A DNA stretch of 64,000 nt from Alphaproteobacteria bacterium. Lineage in GTDB: Bacteria > Pseudomonadota > Alphaproteobacteria > Rhodobacterales > Rhodobacteraceae. Location: NCBI GenBank assembly GCA_009908505.1, contig JAAAPD010000034.1, positions 1,430-65,429 on the forward strand, given 5' to 3'. The translations under genes were made by a program, and so were the position numbers. This document shows, one piece after another, positions 27,676 to 38,318 of this stretch. The notes under the pieces are model-generated. The model ran no database searches. It saw only the letters and a list, made by a program, of their open reading frames with translations, and was not told the origin of the DNA. The first letter of the stretch is position 1; each line of letters begins with the position of its first letter.

Positions 27676-29096
27676 CCCGCGGCGGCCCCGCCCACGGTCA
27701 GCCCACCGATCAGAAGGCTGGGTTGCCCAACGCCCACTGGCACCCATTGACCGGCCTTGCCGCAATTGCCCATGCCGGGATCCAGCGCCATGTCATTGCC
27801 GATGCCGCGGATCTGCTGCAGGGCCGTCGCGCCGTCGCCGATCAGGGTCGCGCCCTTGACCGGGGCGCCGACCTTGCCATCCTTCACCCGGTAAGCCTCG
27901 GTGCAGGAAAAGACGAACTTGCCGCTGGTGATATCGACCTGCCCGCCGCCGAACCCCACGGCATAGATTCCATCCTTCAGGTCTGCGACCAGCGCCTCGG
28001 GTTCTGCATCGCCGCCCAGCATGTAAGTATTGGTCATGCGGGGCATGGGAATATGGGCATAGCTTTCGCGCCGCCCGTTGCCGGTCGGTGCACCCCCCAT
28101 CAGGCGGGCATTCTGGCGATCCTGCATGTAGCCGACCAGCCTGCCGTCCTCGATCAGGACATTCCGGCCCGACGGCGTGCCCTCGTCATCGACCGTCAGC
28201 GACCCGCGCCGATCCGGTATCGTGCCGTCGTCCAGCACGGTCACGCCTTTCGCCGCGACCTGCTGGCCCATGAGGCCCGCGAAGGCAGAGCTGCCCTTGC
28301 GGTTGAAATCGCCTTCCAGCCCGTGGCCAACCGCCTCGTGCAGCAGGATTCCGGGCCAGCCGGGGCCGAGCACCACGTCCATCACGCCCGCCGGGGCCGG
28401 TTCGGCCTGGAGGTTGACCAGCGCGATGCGCAGCGCCTCGCGCAGCTTGGGTTCCCAGTTGTCGCGGGAAATCACATGCGACAGGCCCAGCCGTCCGCCG
28501 CCGCCCGCCGCGCCGCTTTCGCGGCGGCCGTTTTCTTCGACGATGACGGAAACGTTCAGACGGCTCATGGGGCGCGTGTCATCGACCAGCGCGCCATCGG
28601 GTCGCAGGATCACGACCTCCTGGTGCGAGGCGGCCAGGGTCGCCGAAACCTGCACCACGCGCGGGTCCATCTGCCGGGCGACCGAGTCGATCTCGGCCAG
28701 CAGCTCGATCTTGGCGGGAAACTCGGCCTCGGCCATCGGGTCGGCATCGGTGTAGAGATGGCGATTGGTGCGCGCCGGGCCGTCGGCCAGGGTGCCGCCG
28801 CCATCGCCCACGGCAAGCTGCGCCGTGGCCACCGCCCGCTTGAGCGCCTGTTCGTCAATCCGGGTGGAATGGGCATAGCCGGCGGTCTCGCCGCGCACGG
28901 CGCGCAGGCCGAACCCTTCTGAGGCATCGAAACTTGCGGTCTTGACGCGCCCGTCATCCAAGGAGATCACCTCGGACTTGCGCCGTTCCAGGAACAATTC
29001 GCCGTCATCGGCCCCGGCCACGGCCGCCTTGACATGGGACAAGGCCGCGTCGCGATCCATATGGGTTTCGAAGGGGCGAAAGGTGCTGTCTGTCAT
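27672..29096 (-). CDS. tldD: Metalloprotease TldD
   Basis: HEAVGHGLEGDFNRKG, DDEGTP, TGNGRRESY..MPRMTNTY and GNCGK.GQ.VPVGVGQP. Start moved to ATG 29096. Confidence 0.95.
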   Translation of the reverse strand: MTDSTFRPFETHMDRDAALSHVKAAVAGADDGELFLERRKSEVISLDDGRVKTASFDASEGFGLRAVRGETAGYAHSTRIDEQALKRAVATAQLAVGDGGGTLADGPARTNRHLYTDADPMAEAEFPAKIELLAEIDSVARQMDPRVVQVSATLAASHQEVVILRPDGALVDDTRPMSRLNVSVIVEENGRRESGAAGGGGRLGLSHVISRDNWEPKLREALRIALVNLQAEPAPAGVMDVVLGPGWPGILLHEAVGHGLEGDFNRKGSSAFAGLMGQQVAAKGVTVLDDGTIPDRRGSLTVDDEGTPSGRNVLIEDGRLVGYMQDRQNARLMGGAPTGNGRRESYAHIPMPRMTNTYMLGGDAEPEALVADLKDGIYAVGFGGGQVDITSGKFVFSCTEAYRVKDGKVGAPVKGATLIGDGATALQQIRGIGNDMALDPGMGNCGKAGQWVPVGVGQPSLLIGGLTVGGAAAG

Positions 29097-29115
29097 GGAT
29101 GCCTCGTGCCGAAAC

Positions 29116-29129
29116 TTGATCGAGATCAA
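29116..29129. promoter_or_regulatory. FNR/FnrL box in the tldD-coxB divergent region
   Basis: Perfect TTGAT-cgag-ATCAA. Confidence 0.8.
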
Positions 29130-29260
29130 AAAAGCGACCGTTTGCCACAATGGCCGCGCTTGAGTTGCCCCCCAGATTATGGGATGACCACCACCGAATA
29201 CAACGGAATTCCGTGATCCCACCCCGTGATCTCGTTGTGCGAACTGCTTTAGGGAACGAC

Positions 29261-30124
29261 ATGCGACTGAACACTCTTGTCAGCAAGCTGGGCCTTGCCG
29301 CCGCCATGGCCACCGCCTACGCCGGGGCCGCCTCGGCTCAGCAGGCCTTGAATGACCTTGAAATCATCGGCACCCCGACACAGGGCGGCACCGGCTTCCA
29401 GCCCGCCGCGACCGAGCTGGCCCGCGATCTGCAATGGCTCGACGGGATGATCCTGGTCATCATCACGATCATCACGCTGTTCGTTGTGGGCCTGCTGGCC
29501 TGGGTGATTCTGCGCTACAACCAGCGCGCCAACAAGGAACCGGCGACCTTCACGCACAATTCGCCGCTGGAAGTGGCCTGGACGGTGATCCCGATCGTCA
29601 TCCTCGTTTTCATCGGATCGTTCTCGCTGCCGACGCTGTTCAAGCAGCAGGAAATCCCCGAGGGTGACATCAACATCCTGGTCACCGGCTACCAGTGGTT
29701 CTGGTCCTACGAATACACGGACGAGGATGTCTTCTTCGAAAGCTACATGATCGGCTATGGCGAGGGGAACCTGAATGACGGCATCCGCGAGCAGCTGGTC
29801 GAGGCCGGCTATTCCGAGGATGAATTCCTTCTGGCGACCGACACCGCCGTCGTCGTGCCGACCGGTGCCACCGTGGTCATGACCGTCACCGGCGCTGACG
29901 TGATCCATTCCTGGACCGTGCCGGCCTTCGGGGTGAAGCAGGACGCGGTGCCGGGCCGCTTTGCCCAGCTGTGGTTCGAGGCCGAAAAAGAGGGTGTTTA
30001 TTTCGGCCAGTGTTCGGAACTGTGCGGCAAGGACCACGCCTACATGCCGATCACGGTCAAGGTCGTCAGCCCCGAAGCGTACGAGGACTGGCTGGCCAAC
30101 GCCAAGGAAGAATTCCCGGCCTGA
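29261..30124 (+). CDS. coxB: Cytochrome c oxidase subunit II (aa3 type)
   Basis: [19 protein letters not shown] and DVIHSW; CuA motif [12 protein letters not shown]. Start ATG 29261. Confidence 0.96.
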   Translation: MRLNTLVSKLGLAAAMATAYAGAASAQQALNDLEIIGTPTQGGTGFQPAATELARDLQWLDGMILVIITIITLFVVGLLAWVILRYNQRANKEPATFTHNSPLEVAWTVIPIVILVFIGSFSLPTLFKQQEIPEGDINILVTGYQWFWSYEYTDEDVFFESYMIGYGEGNLNDGIREQLVEAGYSEDEFLLATDTAVVVPTGATVVMTVTGADVIHSWTVPAFGVKQDAVPGRFAQLWFEAEKEGVYFGQCSELCGKDHAYMPITVKVVSPEAYEDWLANAKEEFPA

Positions 30125-30188
30125 TCGGCCGGGCCGGCCCATCCGGCAGGCGCCGGGCGGGTCGCTGTTCAAACCCAGCGGGAACGAC

Positions 30189-31121
30189 ATGACCGACGTC
30201 ACGCAGCAAACAGGCACTTACGAGGCACGGATGGGCGACTATTTCGCCCTGATGAAGCCGCGCGTCATGCAGCTGGTCGTGTTCACGGCGCTGGTCGGTC
30301 TGCTGGTCGCGCCGGTGCCGGTGCATCCCTTCATCGGCTTTGTCGGCATCCTGTGCATCGCCGTGGGGGCCGGGGCGTCGGGCGCGTTGAACATGTGGTG
30401 GGACGCTGACATCGACGCGGTCATGACGCGCACGCGGTCGCGCCCAATCCCCTCGGGCCGGGTGCAGCCGGGCGAGGCGCTTGGGATCGGGTTGGCGCTG
30501 TCGGGCTTTTCGGTGATCCTGCTGGGATTGGCGACCAACCTGCTTGCCGCCGGTCTTCTGGCCTTCACGATCTTCTTTTACGCGGTCATCTATTCGATGT
30601 GGCTGAAGCGGTCGACGCCGCAGAACATCGTCATCGGCGGCGCCGCAGGCGCTTTTCCCCCGATGGTTGGCTGGGCCGTGGCCACGGGCGGTATCGCGCC
30701 CGAAAGCATCCTGATGTTCGCGTTGATCTTCATGTGGACGCCGCCGCATTTCTGGGCGCTGGCCCTCTTCGTCAAGTCGGACTACGGCAACGCCGACGTC
30801 CCGATGCTGACCGAGACACATGGCCGGGGCGTCACACGTAATCACATCCTCGGCTATACGATCGCCCTGGTGCCGGTGGCGCTTGGGATCGCCTTCACCT
30901 CGATCGGCGGGCCGGTCTACCTGGCCGTGGCGCTGTTGCTCAATGGCTGGTTCCTGAAAGGCGCCGTGGACATCTGGCGGCGCGACGATACCGACAGCGA
31001 GGCGGACAGCCACGCCACCGAAAAGCGGGTTTTCAAAATTTCGCTCTACTACCTGTTCGGCCATTTCGGCGCGCTTCTGTTCGAGGCGGTGTTGCGGACC
31101 AACGGGCTGGGGGGCTGGTAG
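30189..31121 (+). CDS. ctaB: Heme o synthase (protoheme IX farnesyltransferase)
   Basis: ALMKPRV, DADIDAVMTRTRSRPIP, LKRSTPQNIVIGG and WTPPHFWAL. Start ATG 30189. Confidence 0.95.
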   Translation: MTDVTQQTGTYEARMGDYFALMKPRVMQLVVFTALVGLLVAPVPVHPFIGFVGILCIAVGAGASGALNMWWDADIDAVMTRTRSRPIPSGRVQPGEALGIGLALSGFSVILLGLATNLLAAGLLAFTIFFYAVIYSMWLKRSTPQNIVIGGAAGAFPPMVGWAVATGGIAPESILMFALIFMWTPPHFWALALFVKSDYGNADVPMLTETHGRGVTRNHILGYTIALVPVALGIAFTSIGGPVYLAVALLLNGWFLKGAVDIWRRDDTDSEADSHATEKRVFKISLYYLFGHFGALLFEAVLRTNGLGGW

Positions 31122-31124
31122 GCC

Positions 31125-31343
31125 ATGGCGATCAAAGTGGAACATGAGCTGCACAAGCGCCGGCTGGACCGCAATGTCGGCGTCGGGCTGCTGCTGGCCA
31201 GCTTCGTCGTCATCGTGCTGGTGCTGACCGTGGTCAAGGTGCAGGGCCTTGGCGATATTCGTGAGATGGAGCGGTTCGATCACGTCGCACGGCCCGCGCT
31301 GGAAGAGGCCGCGACCAGAGCGCAAGAGGAGGGCACGGAATGA
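31125..31343 (+). CDS. Small single-TM protein in the cox operon (probable assembly factor)
   Basis: 72 aa with a basic N-terminus and one TM; packed between ctaB and ctaG with an ATGA overlap. Confidence 0.75.
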   Translation: MAIKVEHELHKRRLDRNVGVGLLLASFVVIVLVLTVVKVQGLGDIREMERFDHVARPALEEAATRAQEEGTE

Positions 31344-31960
31344 AGCTGTTTTCCCGTATCGAGGATGGCCCCAAGCGCACCGCCGCTCAGGCCGTATCGG
31401 TCGTGTTGCTGATGGGCGGCCTGGCCTGGGCCTCGGTTCCGTTCTACGACTGGTTCTGCCGGGTCACCGGGTTCGGCGGCGTGACCGGCGTTGCCGAGGC
31501 GGAAAGCGACGAGATCCTAGACCAGACCATCCTCGTCCGGTTCGAGGCGTCGGTCGAGCGTGACATGCCCTGGCGGTTCAAGCCCGCGCAGCGCGAGATG
31601 GAAGTGCGCATCGGAGAAACCGCGCTGGCCTTCTACGAGGCCACGAACACGAGCGACGTTCCGGTCGCCGGAACGGCCAGCTACAATGTCGCGCCCTATG
31701 ACGCCGGCGGCTTCTTCGAGAAGATCGACTGCTTTTGCTTTGAAATGCAGGTACTGAAACCGGGCCAGACCATGCAGATGCCGGTCAGCTTCTTTGTCGA
31801 TCCCGATATCGTGGATGACCGCGAAGGGCAGTATGTGCATACCATCACCCTGGGCTATACCTTCCACAAGACGGAGCTGCCCGAGGAAGAACAGCAGGCG
31901 GCCCTGGATGGCGACCTGACACTGCCGACCGTTCCGGCCGGCCTGAACCAAGACCAATAA
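31340..31960 (+). CDS. ctaG: Cytochrome c oxidase assembly protein CtaG/Cox11
   Basis: [15 protein letters not shown] and copper motif KIDCFCF. Confidence 0.95.
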   Translation: MKLFSRIEDGPKRTAAQAVSVVLLMGGLAWASVPFYDWFCRVTGFGGVTGVAEAESDEILDQTILVRFEASVERDMPWRFKPAQREMEVRIGETALAFYEATNTSDVPVAGTASYNVAPYDAGGFFEKIDCFCFEMQVLKPGQTMQMPVSFFVDPDIVDDREGQYVHTITLGYTFHKTELPEEEQQAALDGDLTLPTVPAGLNQDQ

Positions 31961-31983
31961 AATCGCGCGAGGGAACGCATAAA

Positions 31984-32784
31984 ATGGCGCACGAAAAGAA
32001 CCACGACTACCACATTCTCAACCCGTCCATCTGGCCCTTCCTTGGTTCGGTCGGGGCCTTCGTGATGCTATTCGGGGCGGTGCTCTGGATGGATGGCTCG
32101 GCGCCGTGGATGTTCCTGATCGGCCTTGTGGCTGTCCTCTACACGATGTTCGGCTGGTGGGCCGACGTGGTCGCAGAAAGCCAGCAGGGCGATCACACCC
32201 CGGTTGTCCGCATTGGTCTGCGCTACGGCTTCATTATGTTCATCATGTCCGAGGTCATGTTCTTCGCCGCCTGGTTCTGGAGCTTTTTCAAGCACGCCAT
32301 GTACCCGATGGGCCCGCAAAGCCCGGCGGTCGATGGCCAGTGGCCGCCGGCCGGCATTGAGACCTTCGACCCCTGGCATCTGCCGTTGATCAACACCCTC
32401 ATCCTGCTGTGTTCGGGCGCCGCCGCGACTTGGGCGCACCACGCCTTGGTGCATGAAAACAACCGCCAGGACATGAAGCACGGCTTGATCCTGGCCGTCC
32501 TGTTGGGCGTCATTTTCACCGGCTTTCAGGCCTATGAGTACAGCCATGCCGCCTTCGGTCTGGCCGGCAACATCTATGGCGCCAACTTCTTCATGGCGAC
32601 CGGCTTTCACGGGGCGCACGTGATCATCGGCACCATCTTCCTGCTGGTGTGCCTGATCCGCGTCTACAAGGGGCATTTCACCCCCGAAAAGCATGTCGGT
32701 TTCGAGGCCGCCGCCTGGTATTGGCACTTCGTCGACGTGGTGTGGCTGTTCCTCTTCGCCGCCGTCTACGTCTGGGGCGCCTGA
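31984..32784 (+). CDS. coxC: Cytochrome c oxidase subunit III
   Basis: [27 protein letters not shown] and [14 protein letters not shown]. Confidence 0.96.
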   Translation: MAHEKNHDYHILNPSIWPFLGSVGAFVMLFGAVLWMDGSAPWMFLIGLVAVLYTMFGWWADVVAESQQGDHTPVVRIGLRYGFIMFIMSEVMFFAAWFWSFFKHAMYPMGPQSPAVDGQWPPAGIETFDPWHLPLINTLILLCSGAAATWAHHALVHENNRQDMKHGLILAVLLGVIFTGFQAYEYSHAAFGLAGNIYGANFFMATGFHGAHVIIGTIFLLVCLIRVYKGHFTPEKHVGFEAAAWYWHFVDVVWLFLFAAVYVWGA

Positions 32785-32829
32785 GGGTAAATCACGCGGC
32801 GGGCCTTGACCCCCGCTTGACGACACGAC

Positions 32830-32863
32830 AAGACGCGCGGGGTGCAAACGCCCCGCGCGTCTT
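32830..32863 (+). terminator. Strong hairpin after coxC (terminator or mRNA stabiliser)
   Basis: 13-bp stem AAGACGCGCGGGG/CCCCGCGCGTCTT. Confidence 0.6.
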
Positions 32864-32897
32864 CACGTTCAACAAAGCCGGAGTCACGGATCACCTG

Positions 32898-33581
32898 ATG
32901 CGACAGCTTCTGTTCTCGATCTTCATCGGTCTTGGCGGCCTTGTCGTGCTGCTCTGGCTTGGTTTCTGGCAACTCGATCGGCTGGAATGGAAGCGGGAGA
33001 TCCTGGCCGGGATCGACGCGCGCATGATGGCCGAGCCGATCCCGCTGCCCCAAGCGCCCACCGAGGCCGAGGATGAATACCGCACCGTGCTTCTGTCAGG
33101 TCGCCCGACCGGCGAGGAAGTGCACGTGCTGGTGTCCGGGACCCAGGCGGGAACCGGTTATCGAGTCATTTCCGCCTTTGAAACGGATACCGGGCGCCGT
33201 ATCTTGCTGGATCAGGGCCTGCTCGAACTGGACGCCAAGGACGCCCAGCCGGCCCGCCCGCGGATGGACCTGCGCGGTGCGCTGCTCTGGCCCGATGACG
33301 TGAACAGTTCGACCCCCGAACCGGATCTTGACGATAACACCTGGTTCGGCCGCGACGTGGACCGGATGGCCGAGGCGCTGGACACCGAGCCGCTGCTCGT
33401 CGTGCTGGCCCGGTCGTCGGATTACGACCCCCGGTTGACGCCCTTGCCCGTCGACACGGTCGGGATCCCCAACGATCATCTGGAATACGCGATCACCTGG
33501 TTCCTGCTGGCCACCGTCTGGCTGAGCATGAGCATCTACTGGTTGATCCGCACGCTACGCCGCAAGGAAACTGGCGCATGA
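32898..33581 (+). CDS. SURF1 family cytochrome oxidase biogenesis protein
   Basis: LGFWQLDRLEWK and IPNDHLEYAITWF. Start moved to ATG 32898. Confidence 0.92.
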   Translation: MRQLLFSIFIGLGGLVVLLWLGFWQLDRLEWKREILAGIDARMMAEPIPLPQAPTEAEDEYRTVLLSGRPTGEEVHVLVSGTQAGTGYRVISAFETDTGRRILLDQGLLELDAKDAQPARPRMDLRGALLWPDDVNSSTPEPDLDDNTWFGRDVDRMAEALDTEPLLVVLARSSDYDPRLTPLPVDTVGIPNDHLEYAITWFLLATVWLSMSIYWLIRTLRRKETGA

Positions 33582-34966
33582 GATACGTATCGACACGCGG
33601 GGCGGCCCCCGTTCTGACCTTCGAAGAAGCGATGATGACGGGCCTGGCCCGCGATGGCGGGCTTTACGTGCCCGAGACCATTCCGCAGATGACAGGTGAA
33701 GAAATCGCCGCACTGGCGGGCCAAAGCTATGAGGCGGCGGCCTACGCGGTCATGCGGCCATTCATCGGCGACACCTTTTCGGACGATGAATTCCGCCGGC
33801 TGATCGACGCCGCCTATGCGGGCTTCGGCCATGCCGCCCGTGCGCCGCTCAAGCAGCTGGCGCCCAACCATTTCCTGCTGGAGCTGTTCCACGGGCCGAC
33901 ACTGGCCTTCAAGGACTTCGCCATGCAGCTGATCGGCCAGATGTTCCAGGCCGCGCTGACCCGCTCGGGCAAGCAGATCACCATCGTCGGCGCCACGTCC
34001 GGTGATACGGGGTCCGCCGCGATCGAGGCGTTCAAGGGGCTGGACAACGTGGATGTCTTCATCCTTTTCCCCCATGGCCGGGTGTCCGAGGTTCAGCGCC
34101 GCCAGATGACAACCCCGACCGAGGCCAACGTGCATGCCCTGGCGGTCGATGGCGATTTCGACGATTGCCAGGCGCGGCTCAAGGACATGTTCAACGATTT
34201 CGACTTCCGCGACGAGGTTGGGCTGGCCGGTGTGAACTCCATCAACTGGGGCCGGGTTCTGGCGCAGGTCGTCTATTACTTCACCGCCGCCGTCAGCCTT
34301 GGCGCGCCGCATCGCAAGGTCAGTTTCACCGTGCCCACGGGCAATTTCGGCGACATTTTCGCCGGCTATATCGCCAAGCGCATGGGCCTGTCCATCGACC
34401 GGCTGGTGATTGCGACGAACCAGAACGACATTCTGCACCGCACCATGGAAACCGGCGCCCAGGTCAAGGAAGGGGTCACGCCCTCGATCAGCCCGTCCAT
34501 GGATATCCAGGTCAGCTCGAATTTCGAGCGCGCCCTGTTCGAGGCCTATGACCGCGATGGCGCCGTCGTTGCCGCCCAGATGGACGAATTGAAGGACAAG
34601 GGCGCCTTCACCATCAGCCAAGGCGCCATCGACATGCTGCGCGAAAATTTCGATAGCGGCCGCGTGTCCGAAAAGGAAACGCTGGGCCGGATCAAGGCCG
34701 AGCTCACGCGGTCCGGCGAATTGCTGTGCCCGCACAGTGCCGTAGGTGTTAAGGTGGCCGATGACCACCAGGGCGCGACGCCCATGATCACGCTTGCCAC
34801 GGCGCACCCGGCGAAATTCCCCGACGCCGTGGAACAGGCCAGCGGCATTCGCCCGGTGCTGCCCGATCGCATGGCCGATCTGTTCGAACGCAAGGAGCGC
34901 GTGACCCGCGTCGCGAACGACCTGGGCGCCCTTGAAACTCTGATCCGGGAGAACCGCACCACGTGA
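33578..34966 (+). CDS. thrC: Threonine synthase
   Basis: MRYVSTRG, GLARDGGLYVP, FHGPTLAFKD (PLP Lys), ATSGDTG and VPTGNFGD. Confidence 0.96.
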   Translation: MRYVSTRGAAPVLTFEEAMMTGLARDGGLYVPETIPQMTGEEIAALAGQSYEAAAYAVMRPFIGDTFSDDEFRRLIDAAYAGFGHAARAPLKQLAPNHFLLELFHGPTLAFKDFAMQLIGQMFQAALTRSGKQITIVGATSGDTGSAAIEAFKGLDNVDVFILFPHGRVSEVQRRQMTTPTEANVHALAVDGDFDDCQARLKDMFNDFDFRDEVGLAGVNSINWGRVLAQVVYYFTAAVSLGAPHRKVSFTVPTGNFGDIFAGYIAKRMGLSIDRLVIATNQNDILHRTMETGAQVKEGVTPSISPSMDIQVSSNFERALFEAYDRDGAVVAAQMDELKDKGAFTISQGAIDMLRENFDSGRVSEKETLGRIKAELTRSGELLCPHSAVGVKVADDHQGATPMITLATAHPAKFPDAVEQASGIRPVLPDRMADLFERKERVTRVANDLGALETLIRENRTT

Positions 34967-36228
34967 CTGTCGAAATCCACACGCTATCCAACGGCCTGCG
35001 CATCGTCTGCGAGGTCATGCCGGGCCTGAAATCCGCCTCGGTCGGGGTCTGGGTCGATGCGGGCGGGCGCCATGAACGCGCCGACCAGAACGGCATCGCG
35101 CATTTCCTTGAACACATGGCCTTCAAGGGCACCAAACGGCGCAGCGCGCTGCAGATCGCCGAGGCAATCGAGGATGTGGGCGGCTATATCAACGCCTATA
35201 CCAGCCGCGAAATGACGGCCTATTACGCCCGCGTCCTCGAACAGGACGTGTCGCTGGCCGTGGATGTCATCGCCGACATCCTGCTCAACCCGGTTTTCGA
35301 CCAGCGCGAAATCGAGGTGGAGCGCGGCGTGATCCTGCAAGAAATCGGCCAGGCGCTGGACACGCCCGACGACATCATCTTCGACTGGCTGCAGGAACAG
35401 GCCTATCCCGATCAGCCCATCGGTCGCACCATTCTTGGCCCTGCCGAACGCGTGAACGCCTTTACCCGCGACGACTTGGCCGGATTCGTGCAGGAACAAT
35501 ACGGCCCCGAACAGATGATCCTCGCCGCCGCCGGGGCGGTGGACCCCGACGAGCTGCTGAAGCTGGCCGAGGCCCAGTTCGGTCACCTCGCCCCGCGCAC
35601 CCCGGCCAATAACCCCGCACCGGCCCGGTTCGGCGGCGGCGAGGCGCGCCACGACAAGGCCCTCGAACAGGCCCATTTCACACTGGCCTTCGAAGGGCCG
35701 GACTACTGCGCCGACCGGATCTATGCGGCGCAGATCTACGCCATCGCCATGGGTGGCGGCATGTCCTCGCGCCTGTTCCAGGAATTGCGCGAAAACCGGG
35801 GGCTTTGTTACACGATCTTCGCCCAGACCGGGGCCTATTCGGATACCGGGATGATGACGCTGTATGCCGGAACATCTTCCGACCAGCTGGGCGATTTGGC
35901 CAACCTGACCATCGACCAGATGAAAAAGGCGGCCGAGGACATGAGCGCCCAAGAGGTCGCTCGCGCCCGCGCCCAGATGAAGGCTGGGTTGCTGATGGGG
36001 CTGGAAAGCCCGTCGAACCGTGCCGAAAGGCTGGCGCGGATGCTGTCGATCTGGGGCACGGTGCCCAGCATCGAGGATACGACCCGCCGCATCGACGCGG
36101 TGACGACGGGGGATGTGCGCGACTTCGGCGCGGACATGTTGACCAAGGCGGGCACGGCCATGGCGCTTTATGGTCCGGTGGGTCATGCCCCGACGCTGGA
36201 GGCCCTTCGCGAAAGGCTCGCGGCCTGA
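34963..36228 (+). CDS. M16 family zinc peptidase
   Basis: Inverted zincin HFLEH, INAYTSRE and GGGMSSRLFQELRE. Confidence 0.93.
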   Translation: MTVEIHTLSNGLRIVCEVMPGLKSASVGVWVDAGGRHERADQNGIAHFLEHMAFKGTKRRSALQIAEAIEDVGGYINAYTSREMTAYYARVLEQDVSLAVDVIADILLNPVFDQREIEVERGVILQEIGQALDTPDDIIFDWLQEQAYPDQPIGRTILGPAERVNAFTRDDLAGFVQEQYGPEQMILAAAGAVDPDELLKLAEAQFGHLAPRTPANNPAPARFGGGEARHDKALEQAHFTLAFEGPDYCADRIYAAQIYAIAMGGGMSSRLFQELRENRGLCYTIFAQTGAYSDTGMMTLYAGTSSDQLGDLANLTIDQMKKAAEDMSAQEVARARAQMKAGLLMGLESPSNRAERLARMLSIWGTVPSIEDTTRRIDAVTTGDVRDFGADMLTKAGTAMALYGPVGHAPTLEALRERLAA

Positions 36229-36812
36229 TGCTGCGCCAGAAGCGGAAGGTCCGGCTGGAGACCGAGCGCATGACGTTGCGCCCGCCCCAGCACACGGATT
36301 TCCGCGACTGGGTGGCGCTGCGCAAGGCCAGCCGCGACTTCCTGACCCCGTGGGAGCCCAGCTGGGCCCCCGATCACCTGACCCGAAAAAGCTTTACCAA
36401 CCGGGTCTATTGGGCGCAGAGGTCCATCGCCAATGGCACCGCCGTGCCGCTGTTCATGATCCGGCGCGCGGATGACGTGTTGCTGGGCGCGATCACGCTG
36501 GACCATATTCGGCGTGGTCCGGCACAGGCGGGCACGACCGGCTACTGGATCGGCGAGGCCTTCGCGCGGCAGGGCTACATGCGTGAAGCGATCGAGGCGC
36601 TGGTGCATTACGCCTTCACCACGCTGGACCTGAGCCGGATCGAGGCGGGCTGCCTGCCGGAAAACACCGCCTCACGCCGTTTGCTTGAAAGCTGCGGCTA
36701 CAAGTACGAGGGCGTCGCGCAATCCTATCTTCAGATCAACGGACGCTGGCGCAACCACGTGCTCTACGCCAATCTGCGCCACGACCGGCGGGGCAAGACC
36801 GAGGTGGGGTAA
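36228..36812 (+). CDS. GNAT N-acetyltransferase, RimJ-like
   Basis: FLTPWEP, GYWIGE..ARQGYM and YLQINGRWRNH; TGATG overlap with the peptidase stop. Confidence 0.88.
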   Translation: MLRQKRKVRLETERMTLRPPQHTDFRDWVALRKASRDFLTPWEPSWAPDHLTRKSFTNRVYWAQRSIANGTAVPLFMIRRADDVLLGAITLDHIRRGPAQAGTTGYWIGEAFARQGYMREAIEALVHYAFTTLDLSRIEAGCLPENTASRRLLESCGYKYEGVAQSYLQINGRWRNHVLYANLRHDRRGKTEVG

Positions 36813-36924
36813 CGCGGCAGCCGGGCGAGCTTTCTCAGCGGATTTCCGCAGGCCCGGTTGGTGTGCCGGGGTTGGTGCGTTAGGTCACGCGGGTGACGAC
36901 AATTCACCCCCGGAAAGGATCTTC

Positions 36925-37317
36925 ATGACCCTGAAAAAGACACTCTACACCTCCCTCGCAGCCACCGGTATGGCGGTGTCGGCCTTCTTCGCCGGCCCGG
37001 CTGTTGCGCAGGACGGCGGCGCGGATACCGGCGAAGACTTGGCTGCCACGGCCGATGTCTCCGAGGTCGAACTGGACGCCTTCGTCGCGGCGGTCGGCGC
37101 CGTCATGTCGATCGAGCAGACCTACGCGGCACGGCTCGCCGACGCCGAGGGCGACCAGGCCCAGCAGCAACAGCTGATGGAAGAGGCCCGCGCCGAGATG
37201 ATGACGGCGGTGAACGAAACGCCCGATATCGACGTCGACCGCTATGTCGAGATCATCGAGCTGGCCCAGAACGATCCGGAACTGCGTGCCGATCTGACGG
37301 ACCGCATGGAAAACTGA
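36925..37317 (+). CDS. Secreted acidic helical protein (DUF4168-like)
   Basis: Signal peptide ending AVA|QD; ELDAFVAA and RYVEIIELAQNDPELR. Confidence 0.7.
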   Translation: MTLKKTLYTSLAATGMAVSAFFAGPAVAQDGGADTGEDLAATADVSEVELDAFVAAVGAVMSIEQTYAARLADAEGDQAQQQQLMEEARAEMMTAVNETPDIDVDRYVEIIELAQNDPELRADLTDRMEN

Positions 37318-37466
37318 GCGGCTCGACCTTGGCGACGAAATTGACCCGCATGTCGCGCAACGGCATGCGGGTTTTTCATTTCTGGCGAGGGGCCTGTCCC
37401 AATTGCGGGCGGAACATGCTGACTTTCACCGCCGTGGCGCTATTATTTCCGACAGGAGGGCTTGCC

Positions 37467-38282
37467 ATGATCCGTTACATCCTGCCGCTCTTCTTGCTGG
37501 CGACCCCCGGCGCCGCCGTGGCGCAGGACCGCATCCCGTCCCATTGCCGCGCCTTCGCGCAGGCGCCCGGGATGGAATACCTGCAGCAGGCCAGCTTTCG
37601 CGATGCCGTGGCCGAGGACACCGTGCGGATCACCTACGTCGATCACGCCATGTTCCTGATCCAGTCCGAGACGGTCTCGGCCATGACCGATTTCACAGGC
37701 TGGTATGGAAATGTGGATTTCATTCCCGACGTGGTGACCATGAACAACGCGCACTCCACCCATTTCACCAGTGCGCCCGATCCGGCGATCAGCCATGTTC
37801 TGGAAGGCTGGGCGGTGAACGGCCAGGCGCGCGATCACGAACTGGACCTGGGCGAGATGCTGATCCGAAACGTGCACACGGACGTCCGGTCCAATGGTCC
37901 GGCGGTGCGCGAGGATGGCAATTCCATTTTCGTCTTCGAGGTCGCGGGGCTGTGCGTCGGTCACCTGGGCCACCTGCACCACGAACCCGACGACGCGCAA
38001 TATGCCATGTTGGGGCGGCTCGACGTGGTGATGGCCGCTGTCGATGGCGGGCTGACCCTGCGCCATGAAACGCTGTTGCGGGTGATGGACCGGTTGCGGT
38101 CCTCGGTGGTGATCCCGATGCACTGGTTCGGGCGCAGCACGCTGGACTCGTTCCTCGATGACATGGAGATCAGCGGCTATGACGTGGTGCGCACAGGCGG
38201 GTCCGACATCACCCTGTCGCTGGACAGCCTGCCGTCTCGGCGCACGGTCATGGTGCTGGAGCCTGAATTCCTGGCCGACTGA
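37467..38282 (+). CDS. Secreted MBL-fold metallo-hydrolase
   Basis: Signal peptide; HSTH, GHLGHLHH and IPMHWF; GGAGG RBS. Confidence 0.82.
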   Translation: MIRYILPLFLLATPGAAVAQDRIPSHCRAFAQAPGMEYLQQASFRDAVAEDTVRITYVDHAMFLIQSETVSAMTDFTGWYGNVDFIPDVVTMNNAHSTHFTSAPDPAISHVLEGWAVNGQARDHELDLGEMLIRNVHTDVRSNGPAVREDGNSIFVFEVAGLCVGHLGHLHHEPDDAQYAMLGRLDVVMAAVDGGLTLRHETLLRVMDRLRSSVVIPMHWFGRSTLDSFLDDMEISGYDVVRTGGSDITLSLDSLPSRRTVMVLEPEFLAD

Positions 38283-38318
38283 CTTGCCCGCGTTCCGCCT
38301 TTGTGCTTTGGGGCGTCC

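Noticed and set aside
27672-29096. tldD without adjacent tldE/pmbA
   Set aside because: Unlinked tldD next to coxB is a common alphaproteobacterial arrangement.
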